DNA of 63,982 nucleotides, counting the filler, from Asterionella formosa (Eukaryota), in assembly GCA_002256025.1 (NCBI GenBank). It is 4 parts of 4 records of this genome, joined end to end, with 100 filler letters (N's around TTAATTAATTAA, not from the genome) between each part and the next. Parts side by side here need not be neighbours in the genome. Positions count along the whole stretch, not along the records: positions 32,317 to 48,356 come from NKIB01005142.1; positions 48,457 to 63,982 come from NKIB01005383.1; 2 more parts are not named here. One strand, 5' to 3'. The notes below the pieces were generated by a model. The model did not search any database and had not been told where the DNA came from. It was given only the letters and a program-made list of their open reading frames with translations. A program made the position numbers and the translations under genes. This document shows, piece after piece, positions 47,176 through 58,689 of this stretch (position 1 is its first letter; every line of letters starts with the position of its first letter).

Positions 47176-48356
47176 CTAGTCTTCAAGAAAATATTCTGCC
47201 GTGCTCATGCGGTCCTCTCTTGACAAGGCTGATGGTCGATAAGGCCATACTGCGTTGTCATCATCATTGTGGTCAAAATCCATGTCGAAACCCAAATCAT
47301 ACTCAATGGCTTCGATTGTCGTTCTTCTATCGATTGAACTTAAACTGGCTGGCTTACCTGTGAGAGCCGAAAGAACCACAGCATCTGTGTTAACTCTATC
47401 ATCGATTGTCGATGCCCTTGGGCGTTCGTCGATGTTGAGCCTAGATTGCTGGAAAGAGTCCCTAAGAAAATCAATTTCTTCAACAGACACCTGTCGTTTC
47501 TCGAGAATATCAGGACGTAGCGCATCATTATTATATTGGGCTTTCAATGCATTTGAACGTGCACTTGCATCGCGGTTAAGTGCTGCTCGCTTGACTGATC
47601 CCGAAGCAAAACCAAGCTTAGTTGTTTCGTCCTCGTTTTGATTGGAAGTCATTCGTTTCACCATGTCCGGCCTTGACAGTACGCTTTCACTTTTGTGCTG
47701 ATTGTAGGAATCAAACGGATTAAGGAGAGCCGGCACTTCACCGGACCATGAACTGTGCAGCGCACCACTGTCACATCCGTTTGCTACCGAGGTCCAAAGC
47801 TGCACCATGGTCACTGGATCGACATCGGAAACCTTACGGGGATATGAATCAGTACTGCAGTTGATCACAACAGTACCGTGGATTCCTGATGAAACCTGGC
47901 AATTCCCCTGAACCGGACTGACAATGTCTAATGGAGCACTAGATCCTGATGCAAAGCCTCCATGTGAGGTCATGATTGAAGGTTGGATCGCACCATGTTT
48001 CAGCGAAAGATCAAGAATTGAACGATTTTCATCGCTCAATACTTCATCGCTGATAAGACGTGCATAGTTCCTGTGTTGTCCTGGTTCGTCAGTTGTCATC
48101 AGTGTACTGGAAGGCATTGAAATGGGCTCCCATGTCATCGATCTGCGGCTTTCAAAAGGATCTGCTTGACTCAAAATAGATGCACCAGGTAAATTAAATC
48201 CTCCAAGTGAGTGAGCTTCGTTGAGTGCTGTCAATGGGACTGATGGCCTTGGATCATGGTGGTAGGAACCAGATCCATACGCTCCTTCAGCTTGAAGGGG
48301 TGGAATTGCCTGGGGAGGCCCCATCGGCGGAAGTGCAACCATCCGGCCATCGTCTT
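47176..48356 (-). CDS. C-terminal part of a diatom-type low-complexity protein, 5' end cut by the contig boundary
   Basis: Open for more than 388 codons up to the gap. The motif RPDMVKRMTSNQNE...SVKRAALNRD.S..SNALK is one I associate with diatom DUF6824-containing proteins (unverified). Confidence 0.75.
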
Positions 48357-48456
48357 NNNNNNNNNNNNNNNNNNNNNNNNNNNNNNNNNNNNNNNNNNNN
48401 TTAATTAATTAANNNNNNNNNNNNNNNNNNNNNNNNNNNNNNNNNNNNNNNNNNNN
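48357..48456. other. Artificial contig spacer
   Basis: 44 N + TTAATTAATTAA + 44 N. Confidence 0.97.
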
Positions 48457-49170
48457 GATGGAAAAGTTTTGAACCGAATTACAATCTTTGTAGTGATTGA
48501 GTTCATTGACCAATAAATAAAACTTACAACCTTTGTGACAATTGATCGTTCAATTCTATGACGTTCTGATATGCCTTGTTGGTACTTTCAATAGTCTGAT
48601 TCATCGGAAGTAGTGCATCAGAACCATTCCACATGAAATCGGCAATGTATAGCCGAGTTAGGCAGGTCAACATTGGGCAAACCAATCCTGTTTGTGATTG
48701 GAAATGCCTTTCATACTACTGGGACCAGATAGGCAGGGCGGGATGTTTGATTCTCTTTTGGGACCAGAAAAAAGCACATTAGATTGATATTCTTTTTTAC
48801 AGTACCTGCAATTCGCGAACTATAACCTCAAACTTACATGTTCACAGCAAAACTTCTTGGTTTTGAAAATAAAACTCACAACCTTTGTTACAATTGATGG
48901 TTCAATTTTAGCTAAGCGGGAACGACATTCTGATAAGGCTGCTGAAATAGAAGATTCTTGACAACCTCGTATGGACGAGTTTTGAACCGAATTACGACCT
49001 TTGTAGTGATTGAGTTCATTGACCAATTGATAATATCCTTTGGCAAGTGCAAAATGTTTTCCCTCAGTTTATCATGTACTTGTTGGTCCGTGCGATTAGA
49101 AAATTTATGATATGGTAGAAGATAAAATTTGATCAAAGGAATGACAGAAACCCTTGAATACATTGCCATG
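48457..49170 (-). repeat. Internally repetitive element; inverted copy at ~63660-63982
   Basis: 48457-48583 is the exact reverse complement of 63856-63982. 48860-49120 is a diverged inverted copy of 63680-63930 (both read FSN.TDQQVHDK.RE). Confidence 0.85.
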
Positions 49171-49218
49171 TTTGTTTTGTTCTAATTGGACTCTTTTTGA
49201 ATTCAAAGTGAATTTTTT

Positions 49219-49404
49219 TAACTAGAAGTAGTAGTCTTTGTTGAATATATGAGCTAAATAATTAATCCTTATATACAACTCGTTTCCTTAGTCGACATCA
49301 AAATATACAATAGGTTTTAGTCGAGTTCTCTCATTATTGAGTTCTGATATATTTGATATATCCCTAACCCTATATACATCTGTATCGATCTGCAGGATCG
49401 CTCA
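49219..49404 (-). mobile_element. Isolated copy of the Gypsy LTR seen at 31401-31588
   Basis: Same two boundaries (taactagaagtagtag...gatcgctca). No TSD found. Confidence 0.7.
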
Positions 49405-50615
49405 CAACCAACTTCGGCGGTTCCACCATCAAAGGAGGGGGTCATGAAAAGTTAAATTATTCGACTATAGAGAAAAGTAAAGAAAGGAAAATAAAAAATT
49501 CCCTAATAACCATTGGCATACCTGACATTCCTGTAGACGACATCTTGGGGCAAAATTCGCATCCGTCATGAAGATTGCTCCATATGGGAACGGTTACCAG
49601 TTAAAGTCATTTTTCAGAAAGGGAAAGTTGTCCTATTAGCTGCAGAGGGGTGATTTCTCCTTAACCTGAAGGAGTAGTAGAGAAAGTATTTATTTAGCCA
49701 ATTTTAGTTATTTATGTCAACTTTTACGACGCTATTATTGCCCTGGCATCTGAATCCTATCCGTAACGACAAGTGCTCCATGTGATACTAACCTACAACG
49801 TACTACCTGGTACCACGCCAATAATGAATAGAATTCGTCAAATTCCTATGTAATTGAATGTCACCGCATCTCGTTTTATGATTGCTGGGCCGCAAACTTC
49901 AACATATCAATCACATCAAAAGGAAATGCCTAAACCTACCGGTACATGTGTTTCGTCATGCTTTCCTGTTTAGCAGAGCAAAGAATCAATGAGCGAACAC
50001 TGGTGTCACAGAAAGGTGGTGTTCTCGTCAGCCATTTCTCCGACTCTCGACATGGTCGAAAATATAGCCCATTCGCAAACAGAGTCAAGCCCAGCACACT
50101 AGCAAGACTCTCATGTCAAAGCGTTCGCTTCAGTCTTTTTGGTTATACTTGTTGCTTGCAGGCCGCGAATTACATTGAAGTGCAAACAAATATATTCAAA
50201 GTTGCTCCGGTAGACATTCAGAGTTCAACAACAATGCCTTCGCTTTCACCATTTTGCGTTCGAAACATATGAGAGATAACATACTGACGAGGAACAACAA
50301 GTATCCCTTCCCGGTACTCTTGTGTCTCATATTGACATCAAGTCAAGCCTTTGCTTATGCTCTCGTGATGTACAAAACATATGAAGGGGTACAGACAAGG
50401 CCCAAAGACATCATCAAAACCACTCCTTATGATCGAAAGGAAATGATGAGAAGCGAACAGGTGAACCGCCGAATGAGAAGCGAATAGGTGAACCTCCGAA
50501 TGATTTACAAATGCGAATTACAAAATTGCAAAGCAAAAAAGCTGATGCTCATAATTTCTCGTTTTTAAACGCATGAACTCTAGATAACTTCTCATATCAT
50601 CGAACGATATCCATC

Positions 50616-51737
50616 ATGAAGCTCCTTCTGATTGCTCCCCTTCTTGCCATTGCTTCTGTGATAGTTGTGCCTGATATTGAGGCACGCATTACGAAGAGGA
50701 AGCGGCATGGCATAAGAGGCCTTCAATCCAACACTAATAACGATATATTTTCCCTGTTGGCCGCCATGCCTGCACCAAAAAAAGGGCCAGCATCAAAAAA
50801 AGGGCCAGCACCGAAAAAACCAAAAATTCCAAAGTGTTCTTATCCCGGAGAATACATTGACCCAGTGTCGAAAATATGTGTGAAGGCTTGTGATGGTTCC
50901 AACAATGTCATTTTGCTTGGAGAGCCATATGATTGTGACACTACTATTGAATTACCTCTTTCCTCCTCTACTGGTTATGAAAAAATTCCACAATCAATTG
51001 TTGGGTTAACTAAGTTGACCTCCTTGGAGTTACATGGATTCAAAAGAAGTATTCCCAGTGAGCTGGGAAAACTCACAACTCTGTCGAAATTGGATTTAGA
51101 AGGTTCTGACCTTTCAGGAATGATTCCTAGTGAGCTGGGCAAGCTCACCCTCCTAACATACTTGAGCTTAAATGGAAATGATCTCACTGGTACCATTCCG
51201 GCTCAATTGAGCAGTCTCAGCAATTTGGGATACATGGATGCTTCAAGAAACTCCCTCAAAGGGACAGTTCCTAAATTGGGCACTAATTTGATTCATCTGG
51301 ATTTAAGCTTTAATAATCTCGCAGGAAGCCTTCCTTCTGACTCAATGACTAAGTTGACATATATGGATTTGGAGGAAAATAAATTTTCGGGGACCATTCC
51401 TGCTCTCTATGGCACTTTCACACTCTTGACATACCTAGATTTAGACCGCAATCTCGACCTCTCGGGACCTATTCCTAGTGAATTGGGTAATTTGCTTGCT
51501 TTGCAAAAATTTTATCTTGACAACAATAATCTCTCGGGACCTATTCCTAGTGAATTGGGTAATTTGCTTGCTTTGCAAGAATTGTTTCTTTACAACAATA
51601 ATCTGACTGGCGACATGCCCTCTCAAATTTGTGATTTGAGAAATTTTTTCGATCTTTATGAACTCGGGGCTGACTGTGAAGGAACATCTCCAGAGGTGAC
51701 ATGTGTTCCACTAACATGCTGCACGCAATGCTTCTAG
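50616..51737 (+). CDS. Secreted leucine-rich repeat protein (373 aa, intronless)
   Basis: Signal peptide, PAPKKG repeats, LxLxxNxLxGxIPSELG repeats and an ADC...C...CCTQCF cap. Confidence 0.92.
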   Translation: MKLLLIAPLLAIASVIVVPDIEARITKRKRHGIRGLQSNTNNDIFSLLAAMPAPKKGPASKKGPAPKKPKIPKCSYPGEYIDPVSKICVKACDGSNNVILLGEPYDCDTTIELPLSSSTGYEKIPQSIVGLTKLTSLELHGFKRSIPSELGKLTTLSKLDLEGSDLSGMIPSELGKLTLLTYLSLNGNDLTGTIPAQLSSLSNLGYMDASRNSLKGTVPKLGTNLIHLDLSFNNLAGSLPSDSMTKLTYMDLEENKFSGTIPALYGTFTLLTYLDLDRNLDLSGPIPSELGNLLALQKFYLDNNNLSGPIPSELGNLLALQELFLYNNNLTGDMPSQICDLRNFFDLYELGADCEGTSPEVTCVPLTCCTQCF

Positions 51738-52798
51738 GATCCAAGAATGTGGACAACCAAAGAATGCTGCATCAAAGCCATTGGTACTCATTTCCCTCCT
51801 CAATCGTCAAGTTTTCTCCCATTCTCTTCATACCTGATTTAGGAATCCGTAAAAAATATCAATCTATCGCTCATGAACCGTCCCAGAGTGTAGATATACC
51901 TTTGGAAACAATAATTCAGGCATACACAGATAAACATTGATTGTACAAGCCTGATATTACACATAAAAACTAAGAAATTAATGTGTCTACTACATACTTT
52001 CTTAAATGTATTCATTTTTAAAATGTTAATTTGTTTAGCTATTCTTAACTAACTTTACGAAGATGGTTGATCTCCTCAGGAATTCCACGGGAAAATTCAC
52101 CAAGGTCATCAAGCTGTTGAGATTTTTCAAGACACTGTACTGTACTCGTCTACCGCTAGCTGAGTTTAACAGACAAAATTGGAGGTGCATCCAATGTGTA
52201 GCAAATTTAGGGTATACTGCATGTATGAATTACCGGTACCTACTACATATTGAATCAAATGAATCAGAAAGAATATGGTACCAGAGAAAACTAAGAATTC
52301 GAAAACAATCTACATCGCCACTAAAACCCATAATTCTATTAAAACTCTTAGGAACAATTACAATCGATTACTGCAACATCATTGTTCATATCTACAGCCT
52401 ATTTGGTCCCTGACGTGTCCTTACAGGATACAAGAAAGCAGTAAAGGGCTTCGGGATGCAATTTCAACAGTTTTAATAGAATTATCCGGCCAGGAAGCGC
52501 TGAAATATCACAATCAATAACAGGCGGACTGTGGAGAGTCCGGAGACAAGATTTGAGGGTACCACCTAAAAACTGAGAGTCAACGTTTGGAAAATTTTGA
52601 ACTGAGAGTCAATGTTAAATCGAGTAAATATTCAAGCAATGTTGTAGCGATTTATGTACTAACCAATAATGATCGTGCTTTGAACTTGTCAATTAGCTAG
52701 CTTTACTTCCGTATTTGGTCCCAAAGATTGCTGTAGACGAGAAATGGAACAAAAAAGCTAAATTAATTTTTACTCCATTCCGTTGGCATCACCTTTTA

Positions 52799-53124
52799 AA
52801 AAGTTAGTATGTTTTTTAGCCCATTTGTACTCCCCACTTATTTGATTGTGCTACCTGCTAACAAGACCTGTGGATCCCTAGTTTTGTTAGCGAAGGTGAG
52901 TGATTGTTGTAGCCGCAGCATTAGTAGGGGAAACTCCGACCGCCTAGGAAGGCGGCACAAGCTGCTTGTAGCTAGGGGGGGGGGAACCCTTCTTGCACCA
53001 CCAGGCAAGACCATGCGGGACGGTAAGGGGTGTGGGAGTCAAACCCAGAAATTGCTTCTCAAAAAAGGAATTGAACCCACAACCTCAGATTAAAGGCAAC
53101 GTGCTTAACCACTAAGCTATTCCC
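52799..53124 (-). mobile_element. tRNA-derived SINE (family 1) with 16-bp TSD
   Basis: Head GGGAATAGCTTAGTGGTTAAGCAC...GGGTTCAATTCC (A and B boxes). TTGGCATCACCTTTTA at 52783-52798 and 53125-53140. Ends in TTTT. Confidence 0.88.
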
Positions 53125-53502
53125 TTGGCATCACCTTTTATATATATACAGGTATTAGAAATTATTTCTGTTGGTAGATTCATTTAGTGTCCGAATTGAT
53201 TTTTTTGCTACGGTAAAATATATAACGACGAAATTTTTCATTTTCTTCTACCCAAATGGAGAACATCATCTGCGACCTCTTGGTGTGACTACCTGAATTA
53301 TTGCATATGAGGATTTGTCCTGAAATCACAAAAATCACCCGTGAAATGAATTGAAACAAGAGGAGGACCACAGGACAGATGAGAACTTGAAGTGATTGAT
53401 ATGCAAGGTCCGAATGAATACTTGACAAATATGCTACCAGTACTGTTATGATTGGCACTTAAAACCTTGATACCTGGCACCGGTAGCTGGTTTTACTAAT
53501 TA

Positions 53503-53922
53503 TGTTAAAGTATTAACTTTTTGATAGATCTATATCGTTAGACAAAGAAGACTATAGATAGAGACGTTCGTTTCTCTTTCCGTTTCTATATTCTTATTGT
53601 GAGTTTACTAATCTAGTTTAGGTTGTTCTGTTTGAACAAACAAACGAACTATTCTCCAAATGCTGTTTGCATTTCTAGAAACATACAATCATAGATAGAC
53701 CCATGTCTATCTCACACTTACTGATCATAGGTTTTTAACCATGATCATTCATTTCAAACTATCGGTCGTCCGAAATAGCTTATATTGTCCGGCTCATTAT
53801 AGTCGGAGTAACAAGGTACAATGTGTGGTTGATGAGAGCTTGGTACATCAAAGTGGACTCATTCGAATCGTTTGACTCGTTTGACTCCGAGTCCTAACTA
53901 CGTAGATGAGCTCACTTTAACA
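53503..53922 (+). mobile_element. Solo LTR, family B (420 bp), with 6-bp TSD TAATTA
   Basis: Perfect 9-bp inverted termini TGTTAAAGT...ACTTTAACA. TAATTA at 53497-53502 and 53923-53928. Strand is arbitrary. Confidence 0.88.
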
Positions 53923-56900
53923 TAATTATAGGATCAACAAAAGTAATAGAAAATAGTTTTTGTGTTAACAATCGAGTTAAAAAAACGGTTTGGGGGTAAA
54001 AAATCTTCATGTATAGATTAAAAATATGTACTGAGAGTCAACGTTAGGAGTCAAAATGGGTAAGACTAAATGGCTTAGATCTCCACAACTGTTTGTTCTA
54101 TTTTAGAACTGATGAATTGATAGCTATCCCCGTTCTATCGACTACAATAAAGTTCGTACTTGGTTCGAATTTTATCATTTACGAAACTTCGATAATTTTA
54201 GTCCAAAGAAGGCGTACTGAAACGTTGTTGACTCTCAGTTTTTAGATGGTACCAGACCATCCAGAGTCTGAAGAAGTCGCACAAGGCGCAAAATGGGTGG
54301 CAAAGGAAAGTTTACCAAGAAGGCTCAGGCCAAGGGCAAGTTTCAAGCCAAGGGAGGGAGCAATAATGCTTCTCACACCAACAAGAAGTCTGTCAATGAC
54401 TACAACTACTACCTCGGATCAGCAAAGCAGGCATCTGACTATGAGTCTACTACTGAGTACCTCATCAACTAGATCAAGAAATTGTTCAACTATGGCAATG
54501 ACATAGGAAATGCGCTCAGAACCAATTAATACATCGGCATGGAAGCCAAGAATGCAGCTGAGCTCTGCAACAGCTGAAGAAGATCGCGCAGTGGAGAATC
54601 GTCAATTTGAAATCGAGTTTAAGGCCGATTACGATGCATATAGCAAAAGGGTACAGACCTAAGAAAATAACACTACCAAGGCGTATGCATCGCTCTGGGA
54701 AAGATTCAACAAAGCCATGAAGAACAAGATCGAAGCGAGATCCAATTACAATAGGATCGAAAATAATCTAATAACATTGCTTATGGCAATTGAATAACAA
54801 GCCTTAAAATTTCAAGAGAATCAATTTTCAATGTCGATCATTTTAGATGCGATGAGAAAGATTTTAAATACAAAGCAAAAGGAAGGAGAAAGTCTGCAAG
54901 ACTACACCAAGAGATTTCGTGTGGCATGGGTTGTGCTCAAGTCACATCTTGGAGGACCCATAATCCTCACCAAGTTCGTTGAAGCCATGGATGGGTACAA
55001 CAAGACAAATACCAAGCTACAAGATAAATTTCGTGAACAAGCTTTCAGTCAATTCCTGGCCTATTTATACCTCGATAATGCGGAAAAAGCCAAATATGGA
55101 TCAATTATGACTGGGCTGAACACTCAACAGTAACTTGGCAATGATCAATACCCGAAGAGTATCACCAAATCAATTAATATTCTCAGTAACCATAGGTTGG
55201 ACGTAACAAATAAACCCAACAGTCACAAGAAACCAGGAGATCGTGATAAAAACAGGGAACAAAAGGATGCAGGGAAGGAAGATGAAGATGCGAACTTATC
55301 GTTTGCACAATTAGAAGGAAAATGATACTGCTGTGGAAGAGCTAGACATAAATCATCATCATGTTGCAAGAAGAAGAATAAACCCAAAGAGAAATGGACA
55401 ATCAATAAAGCCCAACAAAATCATCATCGATTACCTTTCTAAAATTTGCCGCGCCTGATGATAAAGATTTTAGTTACAGAATCAGCAAAGAAACCCGAAT
55501 TAATAGGACATCCCTGTATTACAGTCCTCGGACTATGCTCGACATTGCCAGTATACATTTGGTACTTATGTCCAAGCACAAGAAGAACCTGTGTTTTCAA
55601 ACACTAATGCACCACACAGCCTACATTGCATTTATCTACGCTACAATGACAACCTGCAAGGAGTTCATGAGTTACTAGACCTACCAACAAATTCATACAT
55701 CACAAGACATACAGTTGCTCCTCTACCACTTACACCAGCAATCACACCCTTGCTGTGCAAGAAAATATGACAGATGGTCTCAAGTTATCTAATCGAACGG
55801 GACAACTAATTTACAAGTGCTTGAATTGCAGGAGTGGATTATGACAATGAAGCATTTGAAGATGCATATTATTAAGATTATGAAGATCAACAAGCTGGTG
55901 ACAATGAAAGTAATGATGAACTGCTCGGAGAAGACTAAGATGAAATGGCTCCGGATGAAAAATATGAAGCAAAACAGTTTGAATTAAACAATATCCAAGA
56001 GGATTACCCTGAAACTGAGGGCAACAATGAAAATAATGTTGAAATGAATGCAGATGAAATCCAAGATGAGGATGAAGAAGAACCAGTGAATGAAACTGAG
56101 AATGAAGAGGCAATGTTAGTAGGAAAAGTCAATCCAAGCACTAAGGATGACACAATCCAAGCACTAAGGATGACACAGACCCAAATTTTAGAATTACAAG
56201 TTCTGGAAGGGTCTCAAGACCACCAACAAAACTAACTTAACATCATTTGCAAACCCAAGCACACTGTCAAGAAGAATATACCACTAATAATGCGAAATTG
56301 ATCGCAATGACAATGTGTCATACTTTGAATGAGATGTCTTTCAATAAATTGTTCATTCATACAGCTTATCAAAATGTCTCAAGAAATTTGGCCAGAAAGG
56401 AAGGGATACTGCGTATAAGTAAATGAAATAACTACATGATAAAGTTGTATTTGAACCGATTAGGGTTGAAGACCTAACAGAGCACGAAAAGCGACGCGCA
56501 ATGGAAAGCATAAATTTCTTGGTTGAAAAGAGAGATAAGAGTATTAAAGGCAGAGCTTGTGCCAATGCCAGTTCTCAACGTGAATATATGGAGAGAGATG
56601 AAGCAGCTAGTCCAACTACCATAACTGAATCTGATATGATAACAGCAACAATTGATGCGAAGCAAAATCGCGATGTTATGGCGGCAGATATAACCAATGC
56701 ATTTGTGCAAGTGGATATCGATGAGAAAGAAAAAGGGGAACAAATCATTATGAAGATTAGAGGCTTACTTGTCAAAATGTTGATAGAACTCAGCCCCAAG
56801 ACTTAAGAAAAATATGTTATTTATGAAGGCAACAACAAGGTTCTATATGTTAGGATGATTAAGGCATTATATGGCATATTACAGTCATCATTGTTATATT

Positions 56901-58689
56901 ACAAGAAATTTCAGAAGGATATTGAGTCAATTGGATTCATGGTCAATCCATAAGATCCATGCATTGCAAATCACATTGTTAATGGCAAACAGCATACAGT
57001 TACTTGGCATATAGACGATTTGAAATCTAGTCACATGAACAGCAAAGTGAACAATCAAAATACGCTTCTGGCGAAATTGGTGAAGTCAAGGTCATGCGTG
57101 GAAAGAAGCATGATTATTTGGCTATGACGCTAGATTACTCTATTCCAGGAGTGTTGAGGTTTGATATGACTAAATATGTGAAATCCATGATTGACGATTT
57201 TCTAGATAAACTTGAATGTGTCGGAATATTTCCATGGACAGATAAATTGTTCACAGTTGATACAAAATCAAAGAAGCTTGAATATGAAAGAGCAAAAATA
57301 TTTCATACTTTTGTTATGAAAGGAATGTTCCTTCGTAAGCGAGGAAGACAGGACATTCAACCAGGAATTTCATTTCTGACAACCCAAACTACTGAACTGA
57401 ATGAAGGCGATTGGGTAAAATTAGTCAAGAACATGAATTTCTTGAAAGCAACTCAAAATAATGTTGCGTCTACGAGTGCTGATGACACTCATTAAATGGT
57501 ATGTTGATGCGGCATTTGCGGTAGGCAAAGACTTTAAAAGTCATACAGGAGCTATATTGTCACTTGGAAATCCAATCATTTGTTCTATGTCTACAAAACA
57601 GAAAGTGAACACGAGAAGTTTAACTGAAGCAGAATTGGTTGGTGTCAACGACATTATATCAAAGGTGTTGTGGACGAAATTATTTATTGAAGCACAAGGA
57701 CACAAGGTGACTACGAATGTCATTTACCGTGACAAAACTAGCGCAATGAAGCTAGAAGAAATGGAAAAGCAAGATAAGGAAAATGCACCCAACATTTCAA
57801 CCATAAGTATTTTTACATCACTTACCTTATTGAAAAAAGGAATTACAGAATGAATACTGTCCAACGGATGCAATGATTGCAGACTACATGACAAAACCAC
57901 TATCAAAATATGAATTCAAAGTAAGCATCCGTGTCCAGCAGGAGTGTGTTGCAGAAATTATTTTAGGAAAGAAGAATCCCGGTATGGATTACCTACTACA
58001 TATTGAATCGAATGAATCAGAAAAAATATGGTACCAGAGAAAACTAAGAATTCGAAAACAATCTACATCGCCAGTAAAACCCATAATTCTATTAAATTTC
58101 TTAGAAACAATTATAATCGATTAATGCAACATTGTTGTTCATATCTACAGTCTATTTGGTCACTGACGTGTCCTTACAGGATACAAGTACGCAATAAAGG
58201 GCTTTGGGACGCAATTTCAACAGTACCATTTCTATGATGGTTACTTGCGTGCCGGTTTGTTGCAAAAATTTGATAAGTCCATCATGGTTGCTCTTGCTAA
58301 TGATAACAAGCAAACAATACAGTTACTGTTGTGAATGAAGGAGCAGTAGATGCATTAATTAACAATTTTAAGTCTATATTTGTTAATTCAATTTCTACAA
58401 AAATATAGAGTGAATAGTTTGTCCTCCCAACAAATGATGACATCGGATGATTGTTGGAAATGGCTGGCTGGACACCTCATGGGACAGCGGGCAAAAATGT
58501 TTCCAAATTTATCAACCTGCACCTAACAGCCTCCTTCCCATACAGCAATCCTGAATCGCCACTCCCGTCTGCCTCCGAACATGATGATGAATCAACAAAG
58601 GTACCCAAGTCTCCTTTCCCAAGATTATTAACTCTTGATGCCTTCTGTATGTCTCCTTGTTGCACTAAGCAAACTGTGCCTACTACTTG

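Larger units (their letters stand above)
52562..54249. mobile_element. Non-autonomous TIR element (MITE-like, Tc1/mariner-type) with TA target duplication
   Basis: Left end TA|CCACCTAAAAACTGAGAGTCAAC; right end GTTGACTCTCAGTTTTTAGATGG|TA. Subterminal ACTGAGAGTCAA repeats. A further end copy lies at ~39280-39303. Confidence 0.8.
52223..58222 (+). mobile_element. Degenerate CoDi-type Ty1/Copia LTR retrotransposon: 5' LTR ~52223-52469, 3' LTR 57947-58222
   Basis: gag remnant (QKEGESLQDYTKRF), integrase tail, RT (EKRD..IKGRACA, ADITNAFVQ, KALYG, WHIDD) and RNase H (WYVDAAFAV, KSHTG, TEAELV, ADYMTKPL). Paired LTRs end in TTTCAACA. The protease/integrase core appears deleted near 55430. Confidence 0.92.

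Noticed and set aside
53065..53124. Functional tRNA gene (also ~8093-8150 and ~9715-9769)
   Set aside because: There is no complete cloverleaf or acceptor stem. Each is the head of a longer TSD-flanked element.
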